IMG/VR virus record: IMGVR_UViG_3300037483_001818
Length of the DNA stretch: 64,000 nucleotides
Direction: 5' to 3' (one strand)
Source of the DNA: a virus
Lineage: Duplodnaviria > Heunggongvirae > Uroviricota > Caudoviricetes
In this document: positions 53,789-64,000 of the stretch, piece by piece
Position numbering within the stretch: the first letter of the stretch is position 1
Layout of the letters: each line of letters starts with the position of its first letter
Translations under genes and position numbers: made by a program
The notes under the pieces: model-generated
Told to the model about the DNA's origin: nothing
The model's database searches: none
The model's input: the letters and a program-made list of their open reading frames with translations, nothing else

Positions 53789-54675
53789 TCACGTCGATGA
53801 CGATCGAAGTCGATCGGAAGGAGGGCCGATGACGACATCAGAGCAGCCAGAGCAAGATCTGCCGCTAACGCCGCTTGAAGCCGAGGTCTCGGATCTTCGC
53901 CGTAGGCTCGACGTTCTTGCCGAACGTGCACGGATCGATGCGCATGCTGTCTCGTTTCTGCAAGGGAGCCACCCGGTGCGCGAGGGTGACTGCTGTTTGA
54001 TAGACGATCATCCGACGCGCTTCCTGATTCATGCTCCGCCGAGGCGCTCGCATCTTCGAGTTCAGTCCTCGGCCGAGATCCGACGACTCTATACGATCGA
54101 GGAAGTCGCCGAGATCGTGGCGAAGGTACGGCAGGAGGCACCGTGGAGACCGAGCTCCGAGGACATGACTTCCCTGGTCAAAGGCTTGGAGGTCGCGATC
54201 TACGGCCACGAAGAGCGGCGAACTTCGACCGAAGACGAAGGTCGCTGGAAGATCTTGCGGGATCAGCTTGTGGGCCTTGTTTCCAGTAAGGAGGATCGAT
54301 GATCGCTCCAATGACGATGGATGCGCTCGCTGATATTGCCCAGGCCCTCGGGTTCGAGCTACGTCGTGCGCCGCTCTCGGTGCCGGTAGGTGTCGATTTC
54401 GATCGTGCCAAGGACGAGACGCAGTTTGCGCTCTTGCACGCGGGAAAGGTCGCGTTCGACGGGACCGCACGTGAATGCGCGGCGTTCTTGATTGGCTGGC
54501 GTGATCTCCGGTCGCGCATGCTTACCGAGCTGCGTGCCCACGAGACCAAGGTACTGCCGGATATGCATGCCAGTACGCGGTGCGGGGTACTCGACAAGGC
54601 GGGGCATCGCTGCATCAAGCTCGTGGGCCATGATGGATGGAGGCACGCGACGCTCGTGTACTGGGAGGACCCGCA

Positions 54676-55236
54676 ATGACAACGGGGAGTCCGCCGATCG
54701 ACGTTGTGCGCTTGCTGTTTCGCCATCAACGCCAGGTGCTGCTCGTCGATTGGGCCCGCAAAGCATTCGGTGACGTCGAGGCAACCAGCGTTCCGCAACG
54801 GGGCCTGCGTCTTCTCGAGGAAGCGATCGAAGCGTTTCAGGCGTGCGGCGGCGACGAGGCAATGGCGCACAAGCTCGTCAAGTTCGTGTTCGAGCGCGAA
54901 CCGGGTCAGATCGGACAGGAGCTGGGTGGCGTCGCGGTGACGGTGCTCCTCTTGGCGTCAGCCGCTGGACTGTCGGCCGACGAGGAGGAGTGTCGCGAGG
55001 TTCACCGCGTGCTCAGTAAGCCCCTGCGTGAATTCACGGATCGTAACGCGAACAAGAATGCCGCGGGGTTCAGGATCGTGCCCCCGACAGCACCGCGCTG
55101 TCCGTGGGCGGGCTGCTCGACGCCGGACGCGTGTGACGGTACGAAGCACCGGCGTAACACATGTTGCGGCAATGTCGGCACGCACGGTGAAGGCGGACGC
55201 GAATACTGCTCGACGTGCGGACAGGAGGTCATGTGA
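54676..55236 (+). CDS. MazG-like / all-alpha NTP pyrophosphohydrolase with C-terminal Zn-finger
   Basis: WARKAFG...RLLEEAIE...QELGGV acidic motifs. Confidence 0.6.
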   Translation: MTTGSPPIDVVRLLFRHQRQVLLVDWARKAFGDVEATSVPQRGLRLLEEAIEAFQACGGDEAMAHKLVKFVFEREPGQIGQELGGVAVTVLLLASAAGLSADEEECREVHRVLSKPLREFTDRNANKNAAGFRIVPPTAPRCPWAGCSTPDACDGTKHRRNTCCGNVGTHGEGGREYCSTCGQEVM

Positions 55237-55837
55237 TTTTTGTTCGACACAACGCGAAATGCGCCGGCAAGCCAAATGCCGCAGGACGTTTGACAGGCAA
55301 ATGTAACTGCAAGACGGCCTCGCTCGACGAGGCAGCTCGAACACAGCTCAAGCGTTTGCTCGGCAAGCTCGCGAATGACTCGATTCGTGCGGGTGAAGAA
55401 TCCGAGTATTTTGCGCTGCGTCTCGACGAGCTGGCGGAGCAAATCGCGAAGGACGCGCGCGGCGTGCGGCGAACGGCCAAGCGATCGGACCTAACGACCC
55501 GCCGCGGTACGAGGCATAAGACGAAGAGGCTCAAGCCGAGGATCGCATGAGCTTTATCATTTCTGACAATTTAGTCGGCACCATCGTCCGCGTTCTCAGC
55601 CGCCACGATCAGACGGAACGTGCCCGTGGCGTAGTCCGTGCGGTCGCCATGGAGCACGGATCATTTGTGATCTTGCTTCAATCTACGGAGACACGCGACG
55701 GCGACAGCTACTACCAGCTTGTCAAAGGGGAATTCCTCCAGGTGTCGACGTTCGACGAGACGGTGCACGTCGTCGCAGATGCGTCATGAGTGAACGGACC
55801 ATGCCTATCCGGTTGCGCCCCTGCGCGGAGTTGAACA

Positions 55838-56092
55838 ATGAAATTTGAGCTTCACCACCAGACCGAAGAAATCGTCTACGACGACGTGAATGGAAATACG
55901 GTCGAATCACCACGTGGCTACTGGTTTCGGATCGTCGGTAATAATGGAACCACGCTCGCGGCTTCGGAGCTGAGGCTCGCAAGGCGCGCTAGCGTACGAA
56001 AAGTCATCCGCGAGATCGTCATCGGCATGGGCGGAGATACCCAAAAACTCGACCAACTGATTGTCGATCAGACGGGGGAAGACGATGCGTAG
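55838..56092 (+). CDS. DUF1508/YegP-like protein
   Basis: YWFRIVGNNGTTLAASE motif. Confidence 0.6.
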   Translation: MKFELHHQTEEIVYDDVNGNTVESPRGYWFRIVGNNGTTLAASELRLARRASVRKVIREIVIGMGGDTQKLDQLIVDQTGEDDA

Positions 56093-58083
56093 GGGCGACA
56101 ACATGGAACGGACAGGCCCTCGCCGAATTTCGGATCGTGAAGTGCCTGTCAACATTACAGGCTACTTCATGCCGACGTACGCGCCGAACAAGCCCGTGCT
56201 GATCGGGATGGCAGACACAGACGACATGTTCGTCTTCGTATTCTCGACGGAGGAGAAGCTCGCCGTAGCAATGGCGGACCTTGGGCTCGAATACAAGCGT
56301 GTGGCGATCGTGCCTGATGGTGGCGAACTACTGGCGGAGATCATGGCAACCAACGCACGCGGGGAGAGGCCGTACTGGCTTCGTGTCGCTGTTGACCCCT
56401 ACAAGGCGGATAACGGTCGCACGCGGTTTGCCGAGCCGTTCAGTCTTGGGGCGATGAAGCGGTCATGACCAAGACCAAGGTCAGACGCTTCTGGCTTCAA
56501 CAAACGAAGTCCTTCGAGGAAGGCGCTCCGCAACGCGAGAGCTATGTCGATGATCGCGGCTTCGATCGCGCATGCGTGGCGTACGCGAAGGAATGGCGGC
56601 GACAATATTCCTGCGCGGGTTGTGGTGAAGCGGAGTGTCCGCAGTGTGGGGCACAAGGAACGCCGTGAAGCGTGGGTTCTCACCCAAAGGAGCTGCCCGA
56701 TGCCTGATCTACTGACCGTTGGCCCTGACGAAATCATCAAAGTCTGGCGTGACAGCATCACGCACACGTTCAAGGGAGAGCGCTGTGTGGGAGCGCCGTT
56801 CGAACAACTGTTCGTGCAGTTCCACGGGTGCCGGACCGTGCAGATCGACATTCGCAAGAGTGCCGTTCGCGATGGAATGCCGACGTGCGTGCCTGGCTTG
56901 GTCATGCTGCGCGACGAGCTGAACAAAATCATTGACGAGTACACGGGCACCTGTCCGACCTGTAAGCGCCATGGGTGACAACCGGACAGGTAGCGTACTT
57001 TTCTGTGAGGTACGCCAGTGACGGAGCAAGATCAGCTTGAGGCACTACGCGATGCACTTGAGGAAGCCTGCGATCGCTGGGAGGAGCAGGCACAACTTGT
57101 ACGACCCGATCGGATCTTCCAAATGACGCCGGAATTCGCGCGGCTCGACAGCCTACGAAGGATCGCTCTACAAGGTTTTCGATCCGGCGATTATTGCTAC
57201 GTCTGCGGACGTGTCGGATCACACGAATCTAACGAATTGTCCGAGCCGCAACGGCTCGCGCATGAAGCAGAAGATGCGTCACAACACAGATGATCGACCT
57301 CAAGTCGGGGCAGATCGTTGCTGTGGGCGGCAAGCTTTACGGTCGCTGCGCGGACTGCGTGTCCATGAAAGGTGACCGATGAGCGTACTTTCGACGATGA
57401 AACACTCTGACGGTTGCCAGGTCGTGCGCGAGAACGGTGTCGCTGTGTGGATGTGCGTAGGGACCTGCCCGGCGATCGCCGAGTTCATTCGATCCGGCCA
57501 GGTCGATGCCCAGCCATGGGACCAGTTCGACAAAGACCAGTGCGAGACAGTGATCAACGCGGTCTCCGAGCACTCGCTTCCCAGGCTCGACACGGGCACT
57601 TCGGAAGGGGAAGACAACGGATGAAGGTCATCGTTTCCAAGGACGAAGATGCAACAGCGCTGCGCCTCGAGATGCAGGTGAAGTTCAACGAGCTGAAGCA
57701 GCGCTTCGCACAGCAGGATCGGCAGCAGGAGTACGTCGTCGACGAGTGCTGTCGCGCCGTGAACTTGGTGCTTGTCACCTGGCTCCAGGCTCAGGGATTC
57801 AAGGTTCCGTGACCATGAAGAAGATCGACGCCAGCAAGAAGCACCCGGTGAAGCTCACCTTCCTTCTCGACAAGGAGATCTCGCCGCAGGAGTTCGCCCA
57901 GAAGCTCGCGCTGGTGTGCGGCGGCAGTTTGCTCCGGCCCGGTGAGGGAATTCTCGTCGAGCACGCCAAGATCGCGTGCGTCGTGACGGACGAAACACTG
58001 TCGCTGCCGTCGTTCGGCTGCCAGTGGTGCAGCTCTCTGAAGGCGCCGAAGCCGTTGAAGCTCACGCGGAACCGGTGCCGGTG

Positions 58084-58566
58084 ATGAGCACTTTGTCGCC
58101 TGAGGGGCAGCGCGTGCTCGCGTGCTACGTGGATCGAGGCTGGTTCGACGCGAACGGCGACACCAGGCTTCGTGACGATTTCTCTCGGTCGGTGCCCCCT
58201 CGGCCAGCGTACTTGGTCATTGCGAGCGGCATGCTGGTCCTTCCGAGGTCCGAGGTGCAGATCACGGCGAGGTGTAATTACCGGTCGTTCCGCTGCACGC
58301 AGTTGGTCGTTGCATCCGAGATGACTCGGCGCTTCGATCTGATTGATCTGAAGGTCATGTACCGATCGCAGTTTCGCAGCGGCGAATCCCTTCCCCTGCG
58401 TGACTACGTCGACGAAGCGACGCCCGAATTGATCCAGTGGCCGTTGGATATTTGCAGAGTGGGCGGTGAGATCAGCGCTCATGCAATCATTCCTGCTCAT
58501 GCGTCCGAGGAAGAAGCGGATCTCGGCGCTGCGTTTGAGCTGATCCTGCTTGGAGAGGTGATCTAA
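58084..58566 (+). CDS. Jelly-roll-like beta-sandwich protein, paralog B
   Basis: FRCTQLVVASEMTRRFDLIDLKVMYRSQ...WPLDIC is colinear with paralog A. Confidence 0.5.
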   Translation: MSTLSPEGQRVLACYVDRGWFDANGDTRLRDDFSRSVPPRPAYLVIASGMLVLPRSEVQITARCNYRSFRCTQLVVASEMTRRFDLIDLKVMYRSQFRSGESLPLRDYVDEATPELIQWPLDICRVGGEISAHAIIPAHASEEEADLGAAFELILLGEVI

Positions 58567-58752
58567 ATGAGCATGCGCAAGTGCGCCACCATCAAGTGTT
58601 CGCGCCAGGTGCGCGAAGGGCTACGCCGGGATGGAGCCGGTGTCGACGGCCAGGAGTTGGCCGACGGTCGATTCTGTTGGCGCTGTCGCGCACGGCACGC
58701 CTCTAATGAACGCGCGGATGCCCGCCGAGATGCGCGGAAGCAAGGGGACTAA

Positions 58753-59949
58753 ATGAGGAAAGAAGACGCGATGGGCGACATTTCAGATCTCAAAGCACAG
58801 AACCGTGCCATCAACGGGCGAATTTCTGACGTCGTGAACTGGATCACGCCCATCGTCGAACGGATACTAAAACTTGAGGAGGCGCTTATCACGACGGAGG
58901 CGGATCGCAACTACTCGGAGCGTGAACTCCGGCTGATGGCCGAGCGGGATGCGGCGCTGGCTCGTGCCGAGAAAGCAGAGAAGGAACGCGACGAGGCCCT
59001 CGCGGACGGTGTGCTGTCACAGCGCGTTTGCGATCTTGAGAACGAAGTCGCGCACTGGAGGACGCAGGCGGATGCGTTCCGCCAAGAGCGAGACATCGCG
59101 CGTACGAACGAGAGGCATCTTGTTGATAGGACGTCGGAGGTCGACCGGCTTAGCGAGCGCAACGACGCGTTGTGCGTGGCGGTGTGCCGCCTGCTATGGA
59201 GGAGCGTTGCTGTCGACAAAGCGTGTACTTGCGATATCTATCCGAATTGCGAGAAATGTATCGAGTGCTTTGCGATGCATGCAATCGGCCTAGCGTCGTG
59301 GAATAACGCCAATGACTCGGCGAGACTCCTGCGCGCTCATTGGACCGAACGCAGACGTCAGGCTGATCCGCCGTTTGGTTTAGGGCTTGGGAGCCACAGC
59401 GTCGACAACTTACCAAAGAACACACCCCGCATGCGGTACGCCCATCCTAAGGAGATGGTGTTCGTGTTGCTGAGTCGCGATGCCGCCGCGCCTGTCGCCA
59501 TTCGCGCGTGGGTAGCCGAGCGTCTCCGGCTCGGAAAGAACGTGGGGACCGACGCACAGATCGTTGAAGCGCTGGCGCGCGCGAACACGATGGAGACTGA
59601 AGGTCGTTTGTGGCCCGTCTCTTCGTCCACTCGACGACGAGCGCGATCGTTCGACTGCGAGGACTTTGATGTGCAAGGTAAGGAAGGGCCGCTGATGAAG
59701 CTCCTTGAAATTGCCCTCGATGCAGCGCTGGCGGAGATCCGGCGTCAAGGAGGGACTGAGTATCTCTTGGCGGAGGCCCGAAGCGCGGGCCTCGTAGCAG
59801 CAAAGGCTCTCGAAGCTGCGCTGATCGATCGGATCTGCTTTCAGATTGGACAGACGCACGATACGAGCGAGCTGTGGGCCCACATGCGGCGCGATCCCGA
59901 CGCGTTCAGGGCCGCGGTCCGAGTCGCGATGGTCGGTCATGGTGGTTGA
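58753..59949 (+). CDS. Mosaic coiled-coil protein
   Basis: N-terminal heptads, a Cys cluster, and an internal EMVFVLLSRDAAAP..IRAW module. Confidence 0.55.
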   Translation: MRKEDAMGDISDLKAQNRAINGRISDVVNWITPIVERILKLEEALITTEADRNYSERELRLMAERDAALARAEKAEKERDEALADGVLSQRVCDLENEVAHWRTQADAFRQERDIARTNERHLVDRTSEVDRLSERNDALCVAVCRLLWRSVAVDKACTCDIYPNCEKCIECFAMHAIGLASWNNANDSARLLRAHWTERRRQADPPFGLGLGSHSVDNLPKNTPRMRYAHPKEMVFVLLSRDAAAPVAIRAWVAERLRLGKNVGTDAQIVEALARANTMETEGRLWPVSSSTRRRARSFDCEDFDVQGKEGPLMKLLEIALDAALAEIRRQGGTEYLLAEARSAGLVAAKALEAALIDRICFQIGQTHDTSELWAHMRRDPDAFRAAVRVAMVGHGG

Positions 59950-62750
59950 GATCCGCATGACCTTGACAGTTATGGGCAACGACCGGAGAAGGCGCGCTGA
60001 CAACAGCGCGCTGACCCCAAAAAAGGGCCGGCGGGCGAAAGCTCAGCAGGAAATGCGTACGCCGAGAGCAAGTAGCTGCCCACCTTTTCGCTGGATAACG
60101 TACTGCCTCTCTTGCGGCGGCTGCGTCTCAAGGAGAATCCCAACCTCAGCTCAAAGAAATGCAAGACCTTGTGACGAAGCTAGGAGCAGCAGGCAAATGA
60201 GAACTGAACAGCAGATGGCGACCATCATCACGCGATCAACGAAGGACCATCAGATCGAGATTGCGCGGAAGTGGGGAATTCCAGCCGCCGTGGTCGCGGG
60301 CGCGACCTTCGGGCTCGGCGTCACGATGATGTTCGAGAGTGGTCACACCGCGGAGCAGCTTGTCGAGATCGTCCGCCAGCTCGTAGCAGATCTGTCTGGT
60401 TCGCCGGGGGGAAGAAGCGCGTCGTGAGCGACTACACCGAAGGCGCCATGACGCGGGCAGAACTGAAGGAGCGGTGCCGTCGAGAGCTGTGGCAAGCGCT
60501 CGGTTTCCTGCCGGACCAGTTACCTTCCAGCGACTGGGACGCGGCGATCGCCGCCGTCAAACGGCAGACCCAGCAGCTCGCTGACGTGCGAAGGATCATC
60601 CGATGAAGTCGTCCAGCGACTCTCAGGTCGACTGCCGCGCATGCTCCGCTGGCCTCCCACTCACCTGGCACGTGCAGAGCAGGAAGACGATGCACCTTGC
60701 CCAGGGGCTCAGCGTGGTCTCGTGCAAGCGTATCGACGCACGTGAGCAGCGGGCGCGCGATATCGCGAACGATCGCGGGAACGAGGACCAGCGTGGTCGC
60801 TAACGTCTCCGATCACGAGCTGCACTGTCCGCACTGCCGGGCGGGAGAGCCGAGCGTCTGGGATGATGTTTTGTTCCACTACGCGCACCCTCATTCGGCC
60901 GACAACAAGCTGAAGTTCTGCCACGAGCCGTGGCGCGAGCGGTGCCGTCGCTGTAGTGCGCGTGTCGGCGCGTGCTCCTGCGGAGCGGAGGTCGTGGCGC
61001 GATGAAGGAGGTGCTCGGCCCACTGATCCGCGACGTCACGCTCCGCGAGATGCTGGAGGCGATGTCTAACTACCGGGATGACGAGGCGTTTCGGTGGTTC
61101 CAGACGTCAACGGACACCCTGCGTGTTTCGATGGGCCAGGCGCGGAGCGAGGTGCTGCGATGATCTCTGTGGAGGCTTCCAGCGCTGGCACGTGGACGTG
61201 TACCCAGTGTCTTGAGAAGCAAGATCGCGATGTCGTTATCGTGACAGCCGGTGAAACGACGATCGTGCTGTGTCAGGAGTGCGCCCCCAACGTGGCGAAC
61301 GCGATCCACAACAAGGAATGGCAGCTCAGGCATTCCGCGCTATTGCGCGACGAAGTAACTGCGAAGGAGGTGGCCTCATTCGCGACGTATCCTCTAGGCT
61401 TACTCCTCAACGAGTTGGTCGAGTGCACGGTGCGCTGGCACGTTGGTCCTCTCGATGCGGACGAGCGCCGGATCGCGACGGCATTACTCGAGCGTCTGGC
61501 CGCGCTGGGGCTCGCGCGCAAGGTGCATCGCGTTGGATGTGAGCTTTGGCCGAACTACCGGCTCTGTAAATGTCCCTGGGACGTACCCTCGTGAAGGGCG
61601 AGTGGGAGACGATCAGCGGTGTTCCGCTCGGACTGTCGCGGGACTACGAGCAGCTTCCTCGAACGGGACCCCTGCGTTCGATCCGCTGCCAGGGCTGCTC
61701 GCAGCTGTATGAAGACGTCGAGCGCTTGATGGCGGACGGCTGTCGTGTTCTGGCGATCATGTGCACGTCTTGTCGAGAAGAGGGGCGGCTGCGGTGGATC
61801 ACGGAGAAGATTGTCGCACTGCCGATGGCCACCGCGACCTATCGCAAGGGATCCCAATGAAGCGAGCGATCCACACGTCTCACCGCATGGGCAAGTCCTT
61901 CTCGGCCGTGCGAGCTCCTGCCGGCACGCCGCGGTTCTACGGCGTCCGCCAGTGCAAAGACTGTGGCGCCGAAGAGATCGCGCACGCGGCCGGCCAGTTC
62001 ACTGACAATGATCTCGTGAAACCATGTCATGCGAGGAGCAAAAAAATGACGGCGAGCAAGTCCGTGGTCATCGTCCGTGAAGCGCGTCGCGTCATGGCGC
62101 CCGCCTGCATCCGCTGCGTGCTCTGCAAGCTCTACGCGGGGGACAACGAGCGTCCTCCGGGAGTCGTCCACTTTGAGGTCAAGTACAACGGCGATGACGG
62201 ACTGCCGGAAAACCCGCTGTGCGCGCTCACGCGTCGCAAGTACATCTGCGATGAATGCATCGACACGATCAAGAGGTCGCCGTGAAGACGTGTCCCGCTT
62301 GCACACGCGATCCGGATCTTTCCGACGCACACGTCGCCCGCGTCGCGCGTCGGCTCTTTCGCGCGTTTGACGACGCGAATAAGGGCCGCGAGCCGCTGCA
62401 CGACTTCGACGTTATGGCCGAGTGCGAGTACGAGGGCCGGGCCGTCATCGACAACTGGCGCGCGCTTGCGCGCGAGTCGATCCGGCTCGGCGCGGTAGTA
62501 GCGCCCCACGAGGCGGACGGCCGATGAGCGAACCATTCGACGTCGACGCGTGGCAGAAGGACGTTATCCTGCACAACGTCGAGAAGGATCCGTACTACGC
62601 GCCGTACTGCATGCGCTGCACGGGCCTCGTGCGCATGCGAGTTGTAGAAAGGCACTACTGGCGGTGTCACTGCGGCGCGCAGTGCGACTACCGGCAGATC
62701 GAGGCCGCTCCGGATCACGCCTGTGTATGAGAGCGTGTAGGCTCGGCGCA

Positions 62751-64000
62751 ATGCTCAAAACAAAACTGTTGTTACTGCCTGTACTCCTACTGATCGGCTG
62801 TGGCCTCGTGCAGGAGGCTCAACCAAACGAAGCTGCGTACGAATCGCAGCTGGCAACGATCGTTACCTCCGCAGCTGGCGGCGGGACATCCGGTACGGGG
62901 GATCGAACGGCAACGATCACTCCGTCTACCAGCGAGCTGATCGTGGCCTTTGCCTCGTTCAGCGACAACACGCAGGCAGCTCCTGTGATGACCGACAACC
63001 GGGGCGGTACGTACGTCTTCGTTGCCCGTGCGAGCTGGAGTGGTGGGGGGAACAATTCGGCCGTGTACGTTCGGAACACGTTGACGACGACAAGATCGTC
63101 GCACGTGGTGAAGCTCGACACAGACACGAACTCTGCCGGCGAGATCGTGCTGATCAGCGTGGCAGGCATGGACAGGACGGGTGCCGTAGCGGTTCGGCAG
63201 GTTGGTATTTCATCCGATCAGGCGTCCTCGACAACGCCTGCGGTGACGTTCGGTGCGACTACCCTGACCTCGAGTGTCGTGCTGGGTGGGGTCGCCTCTG
63301 CCGATACTACAACCACTCCGCCAAGCGGGTGGACCGAGCGGAAGGACGCTTCGCAGGCAACACCAACCACAGCGCTGGAGGTTGCAACCAAGGACTCCGG
63401 CTATACGTCGTCCACGGTGACGTGGGGTGCCTCCCAGAGCACTGCATACGCTGCGATCGCGATCGAACTTGATACGAGCCCGCCGCCGAACGATCTCGGG
63501 TTCGCGCACGGCATCAACGTGCAGGGCTACGGCAGCGCCATCGGACCGGTCAAGATTACCCGGGACACGACGTCGGGTAACACGTTCTTGGTTGTCCTTG
63601 GTGGCAACCACTCCGATATCGACGATGCCCCAACGGATACGTACGGCAACACGTGGACCCTGGTCGGGATCGATGACTACACCGATTGGCCAGGGTACGG
63701 GAGCGCGGTGTGGGCGGCCACAAATGCCACGGGCGGCTCCTCGCACACGTTCAGCCAGACCGTGACGGCGTTCGACGAGCTGACGATGTTCCTCGTGGAG
63801 GTACCAGCGGGGGCAACGCCCACCGTCCTATCGTCGTTCACCCAGAAGGCCAACTCGGTCGGTGGGACGACGATGGCCAGTGCGAGCATCACGACGAGCG
63901 CGCCTGCTCGGTTCGTATCGTTCTGGTACGGCGCGGGCAACGCCGGTAGCGGCAATCATACGGCTGCCACCAACACAGGCACCGGCCTTGATGGGTACGG
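62751..64000 (+). CDS. Thr/Ser-rich lipoprotein with repeated beta-sandwich domains (runs off the window)
   Basis: MLKTKLLLLPVLLLIGC lipobox; frame open to the window end; TDNRGGTY/TDTYGNTW repeats; TAGGCT-N7-ATG. Confidence 0.75.
   Translation, partial: MLKTKLLLLPVLLLIGCGLVQEAQPNEAAYESQLATIVTSAAGGGTSGTGDRTATITPSTSELIVAFASFSDNTQAAPVMTDNRGGTYVFVARASWSGGGNNSAVYVRNTLTTTRSSHVVKLDTDTNSAGEIVLISVAGMDRTGAVAVRQVGISSDQASSTTPAVTFGATTLTSSVVLGGVASADTTTTPPSGWTERKDASQATPTTALEVATKDSGYTSSTVTWGASQSTAYAAIAIELDTSPPPNDLGFAHGINVQGYGSAIGPVKITRDTTSGNTFLVVLGGNHSDIDDAPTDTYGNTWTLVGIDDYTDWPGYGSAVWAATNATGGSSHTFSQTVTAFDELTMFLVEVPAGATPTVLSSFTQKANSVGGTTMASASITTSAPARFVSFWYGAGNAGSGNHTAATNTGTGLDGY

Larger units (their letters stand above)
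47735..62730 (+). other. About 15-kb rightward run of small, coupled accessory genes, many with CxxC motifs
   Basis: Continuous plus-strand ORFs with ATGA/GTGA overlaps. Confidence 0.8.

Noticed and set aside
59950-60200. tmRNA or tRNA gene
   Set aside because: No tRNA-like acceptor/T-arm ends; only generic hairpins

Overview
GC-rich (roughly 65% by eye, not computed), gene-dense segment of a large bacterial virus or provirus. It has mostly short, overlap-coupled ORFs (ATGA/GTGA), and I recognised no housekeeping operons, rRNA, tRNA, CRISPR array, integrase, terminase or DNA polymerase. There are three zones. (1) 1-16 kb, mixed orientation, probably virion/late: basic modular proteins, two collagen fibres, a lytic transglycosylase, a kinase-like protein, a lipoprotein and a Nudix hydrolase, many with leaderless-type promoters. 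(2) About 16.1-47.4 kb, one leftward run of accessory genes: Nudix, HIT, HNH, GroES, a split AAA ATPase, YkgJ, LuxR-HTH. (3) About 47.5-64 kb, a rightward run: RHH repressor, AlkB-like, MazG-like, terminal lipoprotein. A Cys-rich lipoprotein hints at a myxobacterial host (inference). Best novel candidate: a putative virion cargo system of unrelated proteins sharing a K(S/T)xxQLDxEIAxxL tag and/or basic (S/A/G)H(A/S)(T/K) linkers. Also notable: three dispersed paralogs of a jelly-roll-like domain, an HNH cassette between a broken and an intact copy of its neighbour gene, and two repeat-caused frameshifts.
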